Positions 11,557 through 23,996 are shown, counted from the stretch's first letter. The stretch: 64,000 nucleotides of DNA from an uncultured Candidatus Rokubacteria bacterium (GCA_963840495.1 CAWIZN010000013.1:47110-111109), one strand, 5' to 3'. Notes: generated by a model not told the origin, from the letters alone. Numbers and translations are program-made.

Positions 11557-12647
11557 TGCTCCGATTCGACCGCCGGCTCCTTCTGAACGTGGACTGGCTC
11601 CTGGTGGCCGCCGCCGCATTCATCATCGCGCTCTCGGTGCTCTCCCTGTGGTCGCTCGCGCCCGGCCGGGGGGGCGGCGCGCTCGCCTGGCGCCAGCTCT
11701 CGTGGGTCGGCGTCGGGCTCGTCGCCATGCTCGTCATGGTCAGCGTGGACTACCGGCACCTCGTGCGGGCGGCGCCCGCCTTCTACGTGATGGGCGTGGC
11801 CCTGCTCCTGACGGTGTTCATCCTCGGGCGCACGGTCTCGGGTGCCCGCCGCTGGATCCACCTCGGCCCGCTCACCTTCCAGCCATCGGAGCTCTTCAAG
11901 CTCATCTTCGTGCTGGTGCTGGCGTGGGCGCTGACCACGTGGCGGACGCCGTCGTCCTCGCGGGGCGGCGTGCTCGTGACGTTCGCCATCCTGGCGGTGC
12001 CGTTCGTCCTCGTCGTCCGGCAGCCGGACCTGGGGACCGCGCTCGTGCTCGTTCCCGTCGCCATCGCCATCCTCGTCGGCATCGGCGTGCGCCTGCGCGT
12101 CCTCGGCATGCTCGCGCTCGCGGGAGTGTCCGCGCTGCCGCTGTTCTGGCTCGTGCTCAAGCCGTATCAGCGGGACCGACTGCTCGTCTATCTGGACCCG
12201 TTTCGGGACCCGCTCGGGACGGCCTACAACGTGATTCAGGCCAAGATCGCCATCGGTTCAGGGCAGCTCTTCGGGAAAGGTCCGAGCGGCGCGACGCAGA
12301 GCCGCCTCGCCTTTCTCCCCGAGCGCCACACTGACTTCATTTTTGCCGTATTCGCCGAGATGTGGGGGTTCATCGGTTGCCTCGTGCTGATCGCGGCGTA
12401 CGGACTCCTGGTGCTCCGGGGGTTCGAGATCGCCGCCAGCGCACGGGAGCCCCGGGGGCGGATTCTTGCCCTCGGGGTGACCGCGGTCTTCGCCACCCAA
12501 ACCCTGGTCAACCTGGGGATGGTGACGGGTCTCTTGCCCGTCGTGGGGATTCCCCTGCCGCTGATGAGTTACGGCGGGTCCTCCATGGTGGTGTCGCTGA
12601 TGGGGCTGGGGCTCCTGCTCTCGATCCGAATGCGGCAGTTCTACTAA
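11556..12647 (+). CDS. rodA: Rod shape-determining protein RodA (SEDS)
   Basis: GARRWI, FQPSELFK, QPDLGT, LPERHTDFIF, SYGGSS. Confidence 0.95.
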   Translation: MLRFDRRLLLNVDWLLVAAAAFIIALSVLSLWSLAPGRGGGALAWRQLSWVGVGLVAMLVMVSVDYRHLVRAAPAFYVMGVALLLTVFILGRTVSGARRWIHLGPLTFQPSELFKLIFVLVLAWALTTWRTPSSSRGGVLVTFAILAVPFVLVVRQPDLGTALVLVPVAIAILVGIGVRLRVLGMLALAGVSALPLFWLVLKPYQRDRLLVYLDPFRDPLGTAYNVIQAKIAIGSGQLFGKGPSGATQSRLAFLPERHTDFIFAVFAEMWGFIGCLVLIAAYGLLVLRGFEIAASAREPRGRILALGVTAVFATQTLVNLGMVTGLLPVVGIPLPLMSYGGSSMVVSLMGLGLLLSIRMRQFY

Positions 12648-12696
12648 ACGCAGGATTGCCGCCGGGCCCTTGCCGCGCCCGGGATCGAGGTTCCAC

Positions 12697-14229
12697 GTGG
12701 GAAAGCGGATCGTCGTCAACGCCGGTCTCATCGAAACGCGCGTCGCCGTGCAGGACGGCAACGTGCTCACCGAGCTGTACGTCGAGCGCGAGGGGCGGCG
12801 CTCCATCGTCGGGAGCATCTACAAGGGTGTCGTCACGAACGTGCTGCCGGGGATGCAGGCGGCGTTCGTCGACATCGGGCTCGCGAAGGACGCGTTTCTC
12901 TACGCCGGCGACTACACGGCCAAGCGGGGGGAGGAGGAGGGCGCTGACCTCGCGCCCGACGAGGAAGAGGATGCCGCCGATCTCGACGTCGGGGAGGCGG
13001 AGTCCGAGCCGCGCGTGCACGCGCCCGCTCCGCCGATCGAGGAGCTTCTGCGGCGCGGTCAGGAGGTCCTCGTCCAGGTCTCCAAGGAGTCGCTCGGGAC
13101 CAAGGGGGCGCGCGTCACGTCCTTCGTGTCGATTCCCGGCCGCTCCATCGTCTACATGCCGCAGTCCCGCCATGTCGGCGTCTCGCGCCGCATCCACGAC
13201 GACGAGGAGCGAGAGCGCCTCCGCGACATCGTCAAGGGCCTGCGCCCGCCCACCGGCGGATTCATCGTCCGCACGGTCGCCGAGGGCAAGGGCGAGGAGG
13301 ACCTGGCCTCCGACATCCAGTTCCTCGCGCGCCTGTGGAGCCAGGTCCAGGAGCGCTTCGAGCGCGCGCCGGCGCCATCGCTCCTGCACGAGGAGATGGA
13401 TCTCACGTTCCGGGTGGTGCGGGACCTCTTCTCGCCCCAGATCGACGAGTTCCTCGTCGACAGCCCGGAGGCGCACGCCAAGTGTGTGCAGTTTGCCTCG
13501 ACCTACGTGCCTCAGCTCGCCGGCCGCGTCAAGCTCTGGGACAAGGACGAGCCGATCTTCGAGGCGACGGGCATCGAGAAGGAGATCGAGAAGGCCTTGC
13601 GCCGGCGGGTGTGGCTCAAGTCGGGCGGCTACATCGTCATCGACCACACGGAGGCGCTCGTCGCCATCGACGTCAACACCGGCAAGTACGTGGGCAAGCG
13701 CGACTTCGAGGAGACCGTGCTGAAGATCAACCTGGAGGCCGTCGGCGAGGTGGTGCGCCAGATCCGCCTGCGGGATCTCGGCGGGATCATCATCATCGAC
13801 TTCATCGACATGGACCGGCTGGATCACCGCGACCAGGTGTTCAAGGCGCTCTTGAAGGCCCTCGCCGACGACAAGGCGCGCACCAACGTGCTCGAGATCT
13901 CCGAGCTCGGGCTCGTCGAGATGACGCGAAAGCGCGTGCGGCAGAGCCTGCAGTCCCTGTACTGCGCCCCCTGCCCGGCGTGCAAGGGCAGCGGGATGAT
14001 CAAGTCGGATGCCGCGATCGCCGCGGAGATCCTCCGCAAGATGCAGGCCGGTGTGCGCGACGCGGCGGGCACGGAGGTGGTCGTGCGCGTGCACCCGGAG
14101 ACGGCGCATCATCTGGAAATGGACCGGCGGGACGCCGTCGACCGATTCCAGGCCATGATCGGGCGGAAGATCGTCGTCCAGGCGGTGCCGTCCTATCATC
14201 GCGAGCAGTACGACGTGACGTTCAAGTAG
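12697..14229 (+). CDS. rng: Ribonuclease G/E family
   Basis: GSIYKGVVTNVLPGMQAAFVDIG, IDVNTGK, RLRDLGGIIIIDFIDM, CPACKG. Confidence 0.93.
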   Translation: MGKRIVVNAGLIETRVAVQDGNVLTELYVEREGRRSIVGSIYKGVVTNVLPGMQAAFVDIGLAKDAFLYAGDYTAKRGEEEGADLAPDEEEDAADLDVGEAESEPRVHAPAPPIEELLRRGQEVLVQVSKESLGTKGARVTSFVSIPGRSIVYMPQSRHVGVSRRIHDDEERERLRDIVKGLRPPTGGFIVRTVAEGKGEEDLASDIQFLARLWSQVQERFERAPAPSLLHEEMDLTFRVVRDLFSPQIDEFLVDSPEAHAKCVQFASTYVPQLAGRVKLWDKDEPIFEATGIEKEIEKALRRRVWLKSGGYIVIDHTEALVAIDVNTGKYVGKRDFEETVLKINLEAVGEVVRQIRLRDLGGIIIIDFIDMDRLDHRDQVFKALLKALADDKARTNVLEISELGLVEMTRKRVRQSLQSLYCAPCPACKGSGMIKSDAAIAAEILRKMQAGVRDAAGTEVVVRVHPETAHHLEMDRRDAVDRFQAMIGRKIVVQAVPSYHREQYDVTFK

Positions 14230-14237
14230 CGGTCGAC

Positions 14238-14597
14238 GTGACGCGGTCCTCTCGCCTGAGCCGCGCCGCCATCCTGACCGAGCTCAAGCTCGCCGCCCGC
14301 AAGGGCGACCGCGTCGCGCTCACGCTGGCGATCGAGCAGATGAAGCTCTGGGCCTTGTCGCCGCGCTACTGGGAGAGATACCTCGATCTGCTCGGCCACC
14401 CGCTGGCGCGCCTCATCGACATGACGGTGATCAAGCAGGGCGAGAAGATTGCCCGTCAGAAGGGCTGGGTCAAGACCCGGCGCGAGCGCGCCAAGCCCGC
14501 GCGCGGCGTCAAGGGCCCTGCCGCGCGCCCGGCGCGGGCCAAGCCGGTCCGCCCCGCCGCGGCCGCTCAGGCGTCGCTCTTTCCCGACCTTCGCTGA
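14238..14597 (+). CDS. Hypothetical basic protein ending QASLFPDLR
   Basis: GTG start after rng; GC3-biased codons; K/R/P-rich tail. Confidence 0.65.
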   Translation: MTRSSRLSRAAILTELKLAARKGDRVALTLAIEQMKLWALSPRYWERYLDLLGHPLARLIDMTVIKQGEKIARQKGWVKTRRERAKPARGVKGPAARPARAKPVRPAAAAQASLFPDLR

Positions 14598-14602
14598 CAG
14601 CC

Positions 14603-15394
14603 ATGTCTCGCGCGCGACGCGTGGCGATCGTGCTCGGGCTGCTCGGCGCCGCCGTGATGGCGGCGGTCATGGCCCCGCCGATCCCCCAGGACCCGGCGTA
14701 TCACCGCCTGGCCGACGCTCGCGCGTTCTTCGGTATTCCGAACGCGCTCAATGTGATTTCCAATGTGCCGTTCGTGCTCGTCGGCGCCCTCGGCGCCTGG
14801 GCCGTCCGGCCCGGCGGCGGGGGAACGGCCCGCTTCATCGACGGGCGCGAGCGATGGCCGTGGATGGTCTTCTTCGCGGGTCTTCTGCTGACCGGCTTCG
14901 GCTCCGCCTACTACCACCTGGAGCCGAACAACCAGCGCCTCGTGTGGGACCGGCTGCCCCTGGCGGCGGCACTGATGGGCCTCTTCGCCGCGGTCATCGC
15001 GGAGCGGATCGGGGTGCGCGCCGGCATGGCCTTGCTGGCGCCCCTGGTCATGGCCGGCCTCGGGAGCGTGCTGTGGTGGCATGGCGGCGAGGTGCGGGGG
15101 CACGGCGACCTGCGGCCCTATGCGCTGGTGCAATTCTATCCCCTCGTGGCGGTGCCGCTCATGCTGTATCTGTTCGGGCCCCGGTACACCCTGGGCGGTG
15201 CCGTTCTGACGACGCTCGCGGTGTACGGATTGGCCAAGGTGTTCGAGTTGCTCGACGGGCCCATTCTCGCGATGGGCTCGGTGGTGAGCGGTCACACGCT
15301 CAAGCACCTGGCCGCGGGGGCCGCCGGATACGTGATCGTGTGGATGTTGACGACGCGCCGGCCCGGTCCCCGATTCGAGCGAGGCGTGCGATGA
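14603..15394 (+). CDS. Ceramidase-like (CREST) membrane protein
   Basis: YHRLADAR, NVISNVPF, GSAYYH, WDRLP, SGHTLKHL. Confidence 0.85.
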   Translation: MSRARRVAIVLGLLGAAVMAAVMAPPIPQDPAYHRLADARAFFGIPNALNVISNVPFVLVGALGAWAVRPGGGGTARFIDGRERWPWMVFFAGLLLTGFGSAYYHLEPNNQRLVWDRLPLAAALMGLFAAVIAERIGVRAGMALLAPLVMAGLGSVLWWHGGEVRGHGDLRPYALVQFYPLVAVPLMLYLFGPRYTLGGAVLTTLAVYGLAKVFELLDGPILAMGSVVSGHTLKHLAAGAAGYVIVWMLTTRRPGPRFERGVR

Positions 15395-15456
15395 TCGGTA
15401 CGGAGACGACGGCCTACGCTCGACAAGCGATGACTTCACCCAGAGGAGGATAGGCG

Positions 15457-15609
15457 ATGGCGAAGGATCCGGTTTGCCACATGGATGTCGACCCGAAGAG
15501 GGCCGCGGCGCAGTCGAGCTACAAGGGCGAGGTGATCTACTTCTGTGCGATCGGCTGCAAGACCAAGTTCGACGCCGACCCCGGGAGGTACCTGCCCGCC
15601 TCCAAGTGA
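15457..15609 (+). CDS. YHS-domain protein (50 aa)
   Basis: Manual translation MAKDPVCHMDVDPKRAAAQSSYKGEVIYFCAIGCKTKFDADPGRYLPASK; GAGGAGG RBS. Confidence 0.9.
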   Translation: MAKDPVCHMDVDPKRAAAQSSYKGEVIYFCAIGCKTKFDADPGRYLPASK

Positions 15610-16493
15610 TCGCCTCTCCGTATCTCGAGGGGCGCGATCGCTACGAGCGCGCGATCGAGGGGTGGGTGGACAATACCCACGAGGATGCCTTCACCCATAC
15701 CGTGCGGCTGACCGATCCGGACCACACCGTCGAGGTGAGTGCCGTGTGCACGGCGTCGCCGGGCTACGAGGTGCGCCAGGCGCGCGCGCGGATCGTCCGG
15801 GGCGACGCCGATCCCGCGATCGCCGCGGACTTTTCCGGTCTCAGCGGGGCTCGGATGGTCGCGGGGTTCACGCGGCGGCTGGCCGACCTGTGCGGGCCGC
15901 GCGCCGGCGCCGGTCTCTTCGTCGATGCCGGCGTCGAGATCGCCCGGCTGGCTCGCCAGACCGCGAAGGTGCCCGCGGCCATGACCGCGGGGTTCGCTCA
16001 TGGCGACGCGCGACGGTGCTGGGAGCTCGACACCGCGAGCTGGGAAGACCTCCCCAACTCGTGCTTCACTTACAGCGCCGCCGGGCGGGCGCTCCTCAGC
16101 AGCCGCTCGGTGACCGCTTCGGCGACGCTCGAGCTGTACACGCCGCCGCCCGGTGCTCGGAAGATCTTCGTCCGGAGGAGGCTGTCGCGTCTGGTCCGGA
16201 CGGGGCGCCGCCTTCACCTGTTTCACTCCCTGCACGACAACGTTCATGGCTTCGACGTCCACTACGAGATCGACCTCGACTCGGGCCGCATCGCGGCCGC
16301 GGACTCGGTCACGTCCCGGTTGCCCTATCTCGGCATCTGCAACGAGCCGCAGGCGAAGATCGCCGCGCTGATCGGGCAGCCGGCCGACCGAGCGCTTCGC
16401 CGGGGCATCCAGGGGTTGATCGGGGGCGAAGCGGGCTGTGCCCAGCTCTACGACCTGACCGCCGATCTCCTCAAGCTCCTGGTACTGGACTGA
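15606..16493 (+). CDS. DUF2889-like protein
   Basis: DNVHGF..RLPYLGIC..GGEAGCAQLYDL; GTGA overlap with the YHS gene. Confidence 0.7.
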   Translation: MIASPYLEGRDRYERAIEGWVDNTHEDAFTHTVRLTDPDHTVEVSAVCTASPGYEVRQARARIVRGDADPAIAADFSGLSGARMVAGFTRRLADLCGPRAGAGLFVDAGVEIARLARQTAKVPAAMTAGFAHGDARRCWELDTASWEDLPNSCFTYSAAGRALLSSRSVTASATLELYTPPPGARKIFVRRRLSRLVRTGRRLHLFHSLHDNVHGFDVHYEIDLDSGRIAAADSVTSRLPYLGICNEPQAKIAALIGQPADRALRRGIQGLIGGEAGCAQLYDLTADLLKLLVLD

Positions 16494-16542
16494 CCTGGCG
16501 CACCGACCAGCGCCGGTGCGAGGCCGCATTCCTCCGGGTCTA

Positions 16543-16592
16543 TTGACGCACTGCGAAGCCGATGGGATACTTTTTGTACCAACCGGTTGGTA
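16543..16592 (+). promoter_or_regulatory. sigma70 promoter plus palindromic TetR operator
   Basis: TTGACG-N17-GATACT followed by perfect palindrome TACCAACCGGTTGGTA (16577-16592). Confidence 0.8.
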
Positions 16593-16627
16593 AAGATCAT
16601 AGAGAGGAACGGCGCGGGGTCCTACAG

Positions 16628-17314
16628 ATGGCCGAGGCGAAGAGCGCGATGAGCGAGGCGAGGAGTGCCAAGGGGGCGGCCACGCGGGACCAGATCCTGG
16701 ACGCCGCGTCCCGGCTCATCTATCTGCGGGGCTACCACTGCACGTCGCTCGACGATGTGCTGAGGGAAAGCGGGGTCGGCAAAGGCAATTTTTACTACTA
16801 CTTCAGGAGCAAGGAGGAGCTGGGCTTCGCCATCATCGACCGACTCGTCCACGGCTTCGCGGAGCGCACGCTCGAGCCGGCATTCGCGGATGCCCATGCT
16901 GATCCCGTCGCGCAGATCCACGACTTTCTCGATCGGCTGCTGGAAAACCAGCGGCAGCGCAAGTGTGTCGGGGGCTGTCCGATGGGCAATCTCGCCTCCG
17001 AGCTGTCCGATGTGCACGAGGGATTCCGCCAGCGGCTGGCGGGGATCTTCCTGCGCTGGCGTGCGCGGCTGACCGACGCGCTCGAACGGGGCCAGGCGAC
17101 GGGACGCCTTCGGCCGGACTCGGACGCAGCGGGCCTCGCGCAGTTTGTCGTCGCCGCGCTCGAAGGCGCGATCTTGCTGACCAAGGTGACCAAGGACATC
17201 GCGGTGATGGAGCAGTGCGTGCAGCATCTCAAGCATCACCTGACGTTGTACACGACGAGCCGGCTCTCCGACGGACCTCATGCCGCGGAGCTGGTGCAGG
17301 GGAGGGCGATATGA
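16628..17314 (+). CDS. TetR/AcrR transcriptional regulator
   Basis: TRDQILDAA..GYHCTSLDDVL..GVGKGNFYYYFRSKEEL; GCPMGNL. Confidence 0.93.
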   Translation: MAEAKSAMSEARSAKGAATRDQILDAASRLIYLRGYHCTSLDDVLRESGVGKGNFYYYFRSKEELGFAIIDRLVHGFAERTLEPAFADAHADPVAQIHDFLDRLLENQRQRKCVGGCPMGNLASELSDVHEGFRQRLAGIFLRWRARLTDALERGQATGRLRPDSDAAGLAQFVVAALEGAILLTKVTKDIAVMEQCVQHLKHHLTLYTTSRLSDGPHAAELVQGRAI

Positions 17315-17961
17315 GCGCCCGGACCGTGGAGGAGATGAAGCAGCCCGAGGAAGGCGCCGCGGCCGGCGCGGCTCGAGTCGATCGGGACGCGGAGCTGGTG
17401 GCGGCACTGCGCCGGCAGGATCCCACCGCGCCCGAGGCCCTCGTCACCACCTTTGGCGACCGCGTGTATCGGCTGGCCATCCGCATCACCGGCAATGAGC
17501 AGGATGCCGAGGAAGTCGTCCAGGATGCGCTCTGGACCGCGGCTCGGAAGATCGACACGTTCAAGGGCGAGTCGGCGTTCGGGAGCTGGCTCTACCGCAT
17601 CACGGCCAATGCCGCCTACCAGAAGCTCCGCAGCCGTCAAAGCAAGCGGCAGGAGATCTCGTGGGAGGACCTCTTGCCGACCTTCGACGAGATGGGGGCC
17701 CACGCCGAGCCGGTGAGGGATTGGTCGGCCCGCGCGGAGGAGCCGGCGCTGCAAACCGAGCTGCGCACGGTGCTCACGACGGCGATCAACGATCTGCCGG
17801 GTGACTATCGAACCGCCTTCCTGCTGCACGACGTCGAGGGGCTCTCGAATCCCGAGATCGCCGAGACGCTGCACATCAGCCTGCCCGCGGTGAAGTCCCG
17901 CGTGCATCGCTCGCGGCTGTTTCTCCGCAACCGGCTGTCCGACTATCTGCGCCCCGCCTAG
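17311..17961 (+). CDS. ECF sigma-70 factor
   Basis: DAEEVVQD, FKGESAFGSWLYRITAN, EGLSNPEIAETL..VKSRVHRSR. Confidence 0.93.
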   Translation: MSARTVEEMKQPEEGAAAGAARVDRDAELVAALRRQDPTAPEALVTTFGDRVYRLAIRITGNEQDAEEVVQDALWTAARKIDTFKGESAFGSWLYRITANAAYQKLRSRQSKRQEISWEDLLPTFDEMGAHAEPVRDWSARAEEPALQTELRTVLTTAINDLPGDYRTAFLLHDVEGLSNPEIAETLHISLPAVKSRVHRSRLFLRNRLSDYLRPA

Positions 17962-18062
17962 GATCACTCGGAGGGGGCCTCGACGGCCCCCTCCGAGCCT
18001 CCCCAGACCGGATTGCGCCGGCGAAGCCGGCGCTCGAACGGCGGTTACTCCGAACGCCCTAG
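17958..18062. repeat. CTAG-bounded REP/MITE-like palindromic element
   Basis: 13-bp hairpin CTCGGAGGGGGCC/GGCCCCCTCCGAG, hairpin GCGCCGGC-GAA-GCCGGCGC, CTAG at both ends. Confidence 0.55.
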
Positions 18063-18252
18063 CCGGGTCTCAGGGCTCCAGACGACGGTAAGCGGAGCGG
18101 CAGTTGCATCGGCATGGGCAGTTGCGAGCCAGGCGAGGCCTCGCAACAATGCAAGGGCGTCCGTCTAAGGGGCGTTCGCGCTTGACTCTGCGGGCCGGGG
18201 TGTGGTCTCATAGGCGCTCGCGTCGACTTCATTCGAGGAGAGCGCTGTGGCC

Positions 18253-18564
18253 ATGGAAGCGGTGATCGCGACGGGTGGCAAGCAGTATCGAGTGGCCCCA
18301 GGCCAGGTGATCAAGGTCGAGCGCCTCGGCGTGGCCAAGGGCGGCTCGGTCGCGTTCGACAAGGTCCTGCTCCTCAACAACGAGGGGCAGGTGACGGTGG
18401 AGCCGACGGCGTTGTCCGGTGCCCGGGTCACCGGCGAGGTGGTCGCCGAGCGAAAGGGCGCCAAGGTGCTGGTCGTCAAGTTCAAGCGCCGGAAGAACTA
18501 CCGGCGGCATCGCGGTCATCGCCAGACGATGACCACCGTGCGCATCACCGGGATCGAGGTCTAG
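18253..18564 (+). CDS. rplU: 50S ribosomal protein L21
   Basis: [22 protein letters not shown]. Confidence 0.96.
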   Translation: MEAVIATGGKQYRVAPGQVIKVERLGVAKGGSVAFDKVLLLNNEGQVTVEPTALSGARVTGEVVAERKGAKVLVVKFKRRKNYRRHRGHRQTMTTVRITGIEV

Positions 18565-18568
18565 GGTC

Positions 18569-18826
18569 ATGGCGCACAAAAAGGGTGTCGGCAGCTCCAG
18601 GAATGGCCGCGACTCCAATGCCCAGATGCTCGGGGTCAAGCGGTTCGGCGGCCAATTCGTCACCGCCGGAAGCATCCTCGTGCGGCAGCGCGGGACCCGG
18701 TTCAGGCCGGGGACCAATGTCGGTCTCGGCGTGGACCACACGCTGTTCGCCAAGTCCGACGGATACGTCCGCTTCGAGCGCAAGGGCGATCACAAGTTCA
18801 TCAGCGTCGCCCAGCAGCCCGCCTGA
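18569..18826 (+). CDS. rpmA: 50S ribosomal protein L27
   Basis: [16 protein letters not shown]. Confidence 0.98.
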   Translation: MAHKKGVGSSRNGRDSNAQMLGVKRFGGQFVTAGSILVRQRGTRFRPGTNVGLGVDHTLFAKSDGYVRFERKGDHKFISVAQQPA

Positions 18827-20982
<2,156 letters not shown>

Positions 20983-21005
20983 TGGACATCGAAGGAGAGG
21001 ACAGC

Positions 21006-22262
21006 ATGGACGTCGCGGCGCATGTCGAGGCCAAGGCCCGGGCGGCGAAGGAGGCGGCGGCAGCCCTCGCGCTGGCTCCGACACGGGCGAAGAACGAGGC
21101 TCTGCAGCAGATGGCGCGTGGGCTCGAGGAGAAGACCCCCGCGGTGCTCGAGGCCAACCGCGCGGATCTCGACCGGGCGCGGTCGGCGGGGCTGACCCGC
21201 GCCTCTCTCGATCGCCTCACCCTCACCGAGGCGCGGATCGAGGAGATGGCCGTCGGCCTCCGGCACGTGGCGGGGCTGCCCGACCCCGTCGGCGAGACCG
21301 TCGAAGTCTGGCGGCGACCGAGCGGCGTCGAGATCGCGCGGGTTCGCGTCCCCCTCGGCGTCATCGGCTTCATCTACGAGTCCCGCCCCAATGTCACCGC
21401 GGATGCCGCCGGGCTCTGCCTCAAGTCCGGCAATGCGGTGCTGCTGCGTGGAGGCAGCGAGGCGCTCGAGTCCAACACGATCATCGCGCACATCCTGGCC
21501 AAGGCGGTCGAGAAGGCGGGCCTGCCGGCCGACGCCATCCAGTACGTCGACACGCCCGACCGCGCCGCCGTCATGGCGATGCTCACGCTCGATCGCTACC
21601 TCGACCTCATCATTCCTCGGGGCGGGGAGGAGTTCGTGCGGTTGGTCGCGGAACGCGCGACGGTGCCCGTCCTCAAGCACGACAAGGGGCTCTGCCACGT
21701 CTACGTCGACGAGGGCGCCGATCTCGACATGGCGCTTGCCATCGTCCTGAATGCCAAGACCCATCGGGTGAGCGTGTGCAATGCGATGGAGACGCTGCTC
21801 GTCCACGCCGCCGTCGCCCCGGCCTTCCTGCCCATGGCGGCGGCGCGCCTCGGCGAGGCCGGGGTCGAGCTGCGCGCCGACGAGCGGGCGCGCATCCTCG
21901 TGCCGGGCGCCGTGCCCGCCACGGCCGCCGACTGGGATACCGAGTACCTCGACTATGTCCTCGCGGTGAAGGTCGTGACGACCTTCGAGGAAGCCATCGC
22001 CCATATCAGGCGCCACGGGTCCGGCCTCGCCGAGGCCATCGTGACCCGGGACATCCGCCGCGCGCGGCGATTCACCCAGCAGGTCGACGCGGCGGCGGTG
22101 CTCGTGAATGCCTCCACGCGGCTGGTGGATGGCTCGGCGTTCGGCATGGGCGCCGAGATGGGGATCTCGACCTCCAAGCTCCACGCGCGCGGCCCGGTCG
22201 GCGTGCGAGAGCTGACGACGACCAAGTTCGTCGTGTGGGGAGACGGGCACCTGCGTGAGTAG
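21006..22262 (+). CDS. proA: Gamma-glutamyl phosphate reductase
   Basis: [46 protein letters not shown]. Confidence 0.95.
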   Translation: MDVAAHVEAKARAAKEAAAALALAPTRAKNEALQQMARGLEEKTPAVLEANRADLDRARSAGLTRASLDRLTLTEARIEEMAVGLRHVAGLPDPVGETVEVWRRPSGVEIARVRVPLGVIGFIYESRPNVTADAAGLCLKSGNAVLLRGGSEALESNTIIAHILAKAVEKAGLPADAIQYVDTPDRAAVMAMLTLDRYLDLIIPRGGEEFVRLVAERATVPVLKHDKGLCHVYVDEGADLDMALAIVLNAKTHRVSVCNAMETLLVHAAVAPAFLPMAAARLGEAGVELRADERARILVPGAVPATAADWDTEYLDYVLAVKVVTTFEEAIAHIRRHGSGLAEAIVTRDIRRARRFTQQVDAAAVLVNASTRLVDGSAFGMGAEMGISTSKLHARGPVGVRELTTTKFVVWGDGHLRE

Positions 22263-22924
22263 CCGCCCAGTCCCGCGCGTGGGCGTGTTCGGCGGCTCCT
22301 TCAACCCGATCCACTTTGGCCATCTGCTCGTCGCCGACGAGATCGTCGAGGCGCTGGATCTGGACCGCCTGCTCCTGGTGCCCGCGGCATTGCCCCCCCA
22401 CAAGCCGGAGTGGCGACCTGGCTCCCGCCCGTGCCCGCTTCGAGATGACGGCGCTCGCCGTGCGCGAGCATGAGCGCTTCGAGGTGTGCGACCTCGAGCT
22501 CCGGCGACCGGGGCCGTCCTACACCGTCGATACCCTCGAGGCGCTCCGCGGGCGCGGAGAGCTCCATTTGGTGATCGGGTCCGAGACCTTTCTCGATCTT
22601 CTCTCCTGGAAGGAGCCGTCGCGCGTGGCCCGCCTGGCGCGGCTCGTCGTCGTGCCGCGTATCGGCACGGGTTTCGATCCCGAGGCGCCGGCCGCCCAGA
22701 AGGTGCTGGCCGAGCTCGGGCTGCCCGGCTTTGCTCAGGTGCGCGCCGGGGCGGATGGGTCCGCGACCGCGGGGCCGCTGCTCGTCGCGGCGTCGTCGCT
22801 GCCCATCTCCGCCTCCGAGATCCGGCGGCGGGCACGGGAGGGCCGGAGCCTCGCGTACCGGCTGCCCGACAGCGTCGTCGGCTATATCCGCGAGCACCAT
22901 CTGTATCGTTCGGAGCATCGATGA
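22255..22924 (+). CDS. nadD: Nicotinate-nucleotide adenylyltransferase (frameshift near 22410)
   Basis: [12 protein letters not shown] and PPHK in one frame; [24 protein letters not shown] in the next. Confidence 0.9.
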
Positions 22925-23274
22925 GCGCGCCGAACGCCGAGACCGCCGTCCGGGTGGCCGCCCGCGCGGCGCTCGAAAAGAACGCGCTCGACGTGGCCGT
23001 GCTCGACCTGCAGGGACTCTCGGGGATCGCCGACTACTTCCTCGTCTGCAGCGCGCGATCGACGACGCAGGCCGACACGATCACCGACGCCGTGCGCGTC
23101 GCCCTGCGCGCCGAGGGCGTGCGCCCGCGCCACAGCGAGGGCAGCGCGGAGAGCGGCTGGCTCCTGCTCGACTATGGCGACATCGTCGTCCACGTGTTTC
23201 TCGAGGCGACGCGCGCGTTCTACGCGCTCGATCGGCTCTGGGGAGACGCGCCCCTGCTCATCGTCGAAGGCTGA
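22921..23274 (+). CDS. rsfS: Ribosome silencing factor
   Basis: ADYFLVCS, WLLLDYGDIVVHVF, FYALDRLW. Confidence 0.95.
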   Translation: MSAPNAETAVRVAARAALEKNALDVAVLDLQGLSGIADYFLVCSARSTTQADTITDAVRVALRAEGVRPRHSEGSAESGWLLLDYGDIVVHVFLEATRAFYALDRLWGDAPLLIVEG

Positions 23275-23281
23275 GCCGGCA

Positions 23282-23468
23282 GGGGGGCAATTTACTTCGC
23301 CATACTTCGTTGACTCGATCGCCACGCGACGCTCAACGAGGCTCGCTCACGCTCGTCCGGATCTCCATATCCGCTCGCCTCGCCTACGGCTGCGGCTTGC
23401 CCAGCCCACAGTACGCCTCGGGCTGCGCGGGCTCGCTCGCGCCTCGTCTGGCTCGCAACTTGACCCCA
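23282..23468. repeat. MITE-like imperfect inverted-repeat element
   Basis: Imperfectly complementary ends; 23441-23460 matches the reverse complement of 18120-18139 at 19/20; shares AGTACGCCTCG with the element at 25939. Confidence 0.5.
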
Positions 23469-23606
23469 GCGCCAAGGCCAATCGACCACACCCGGATGAA
23501 GCCCGGTCGGATTGATTTCGCGCAAACCCCGTGGTAGCCTGCGCGTCTAGCGCGGCCGGATTTGTGGTGCGCGTTGACTTTTTGGTGCGGGTTGAAGGAG
23601 GCGGCG

Positions 23607-23972
23607 ATGAGGAAGGATCGGCTGGCCCACTTCCGCAAGAAGCTGGAAGAGAAGCAGCACCAGCTCGTCGAGGAAGTGGGGAGGAACGTCATGTACGGCA
23701 AGGGGCCCGAGGACGATTCCATCAAGGACTTGGGTGACCAGGCGAGCTCGGCGTACAACCGGGAGTTCCTGTTCGAGCTGGGCAACGGCGATCGGCGTCT
23801 CCTCAAGGAAGTGGTCTCCGCGCTGCAGAAGATCAACGAGGGCGGCTTCGGTGACTGCGAGCGCTGTGGCGAGGCCATCGCCGAGAAGCGGCTCGAGGCG
23901 CTGCCCTTCGCCCGCTACTGCATCGAGTGTCAGCGTGCGGTCGAGGAGGAAGAGCGGACCGCCGCCCACTAG
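23607..23972 (+). CDS. dksA: TraR/DksA family C4 zinc-finger protein
   Basis: DLGDQA coiled-coil tip; CERCGEAIAEKRLEALPFARYCIECQ; AAGGAGG RBS. Confidence 0.85.
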   Translation: MRKDRLAHFRKKLEEKQHQLVEEVGRNVMYGKGPEDDSIKDLGDQASSAYNREFLFELGNGDRRLLKEVVSALQKINEGGFGDCERCGEAIAEKRLEALPFARYCIECQRAVEEEERTAAH

Positions 23973-23996
23973 CACGCGTCGCGCCGGGCGCCCCCC

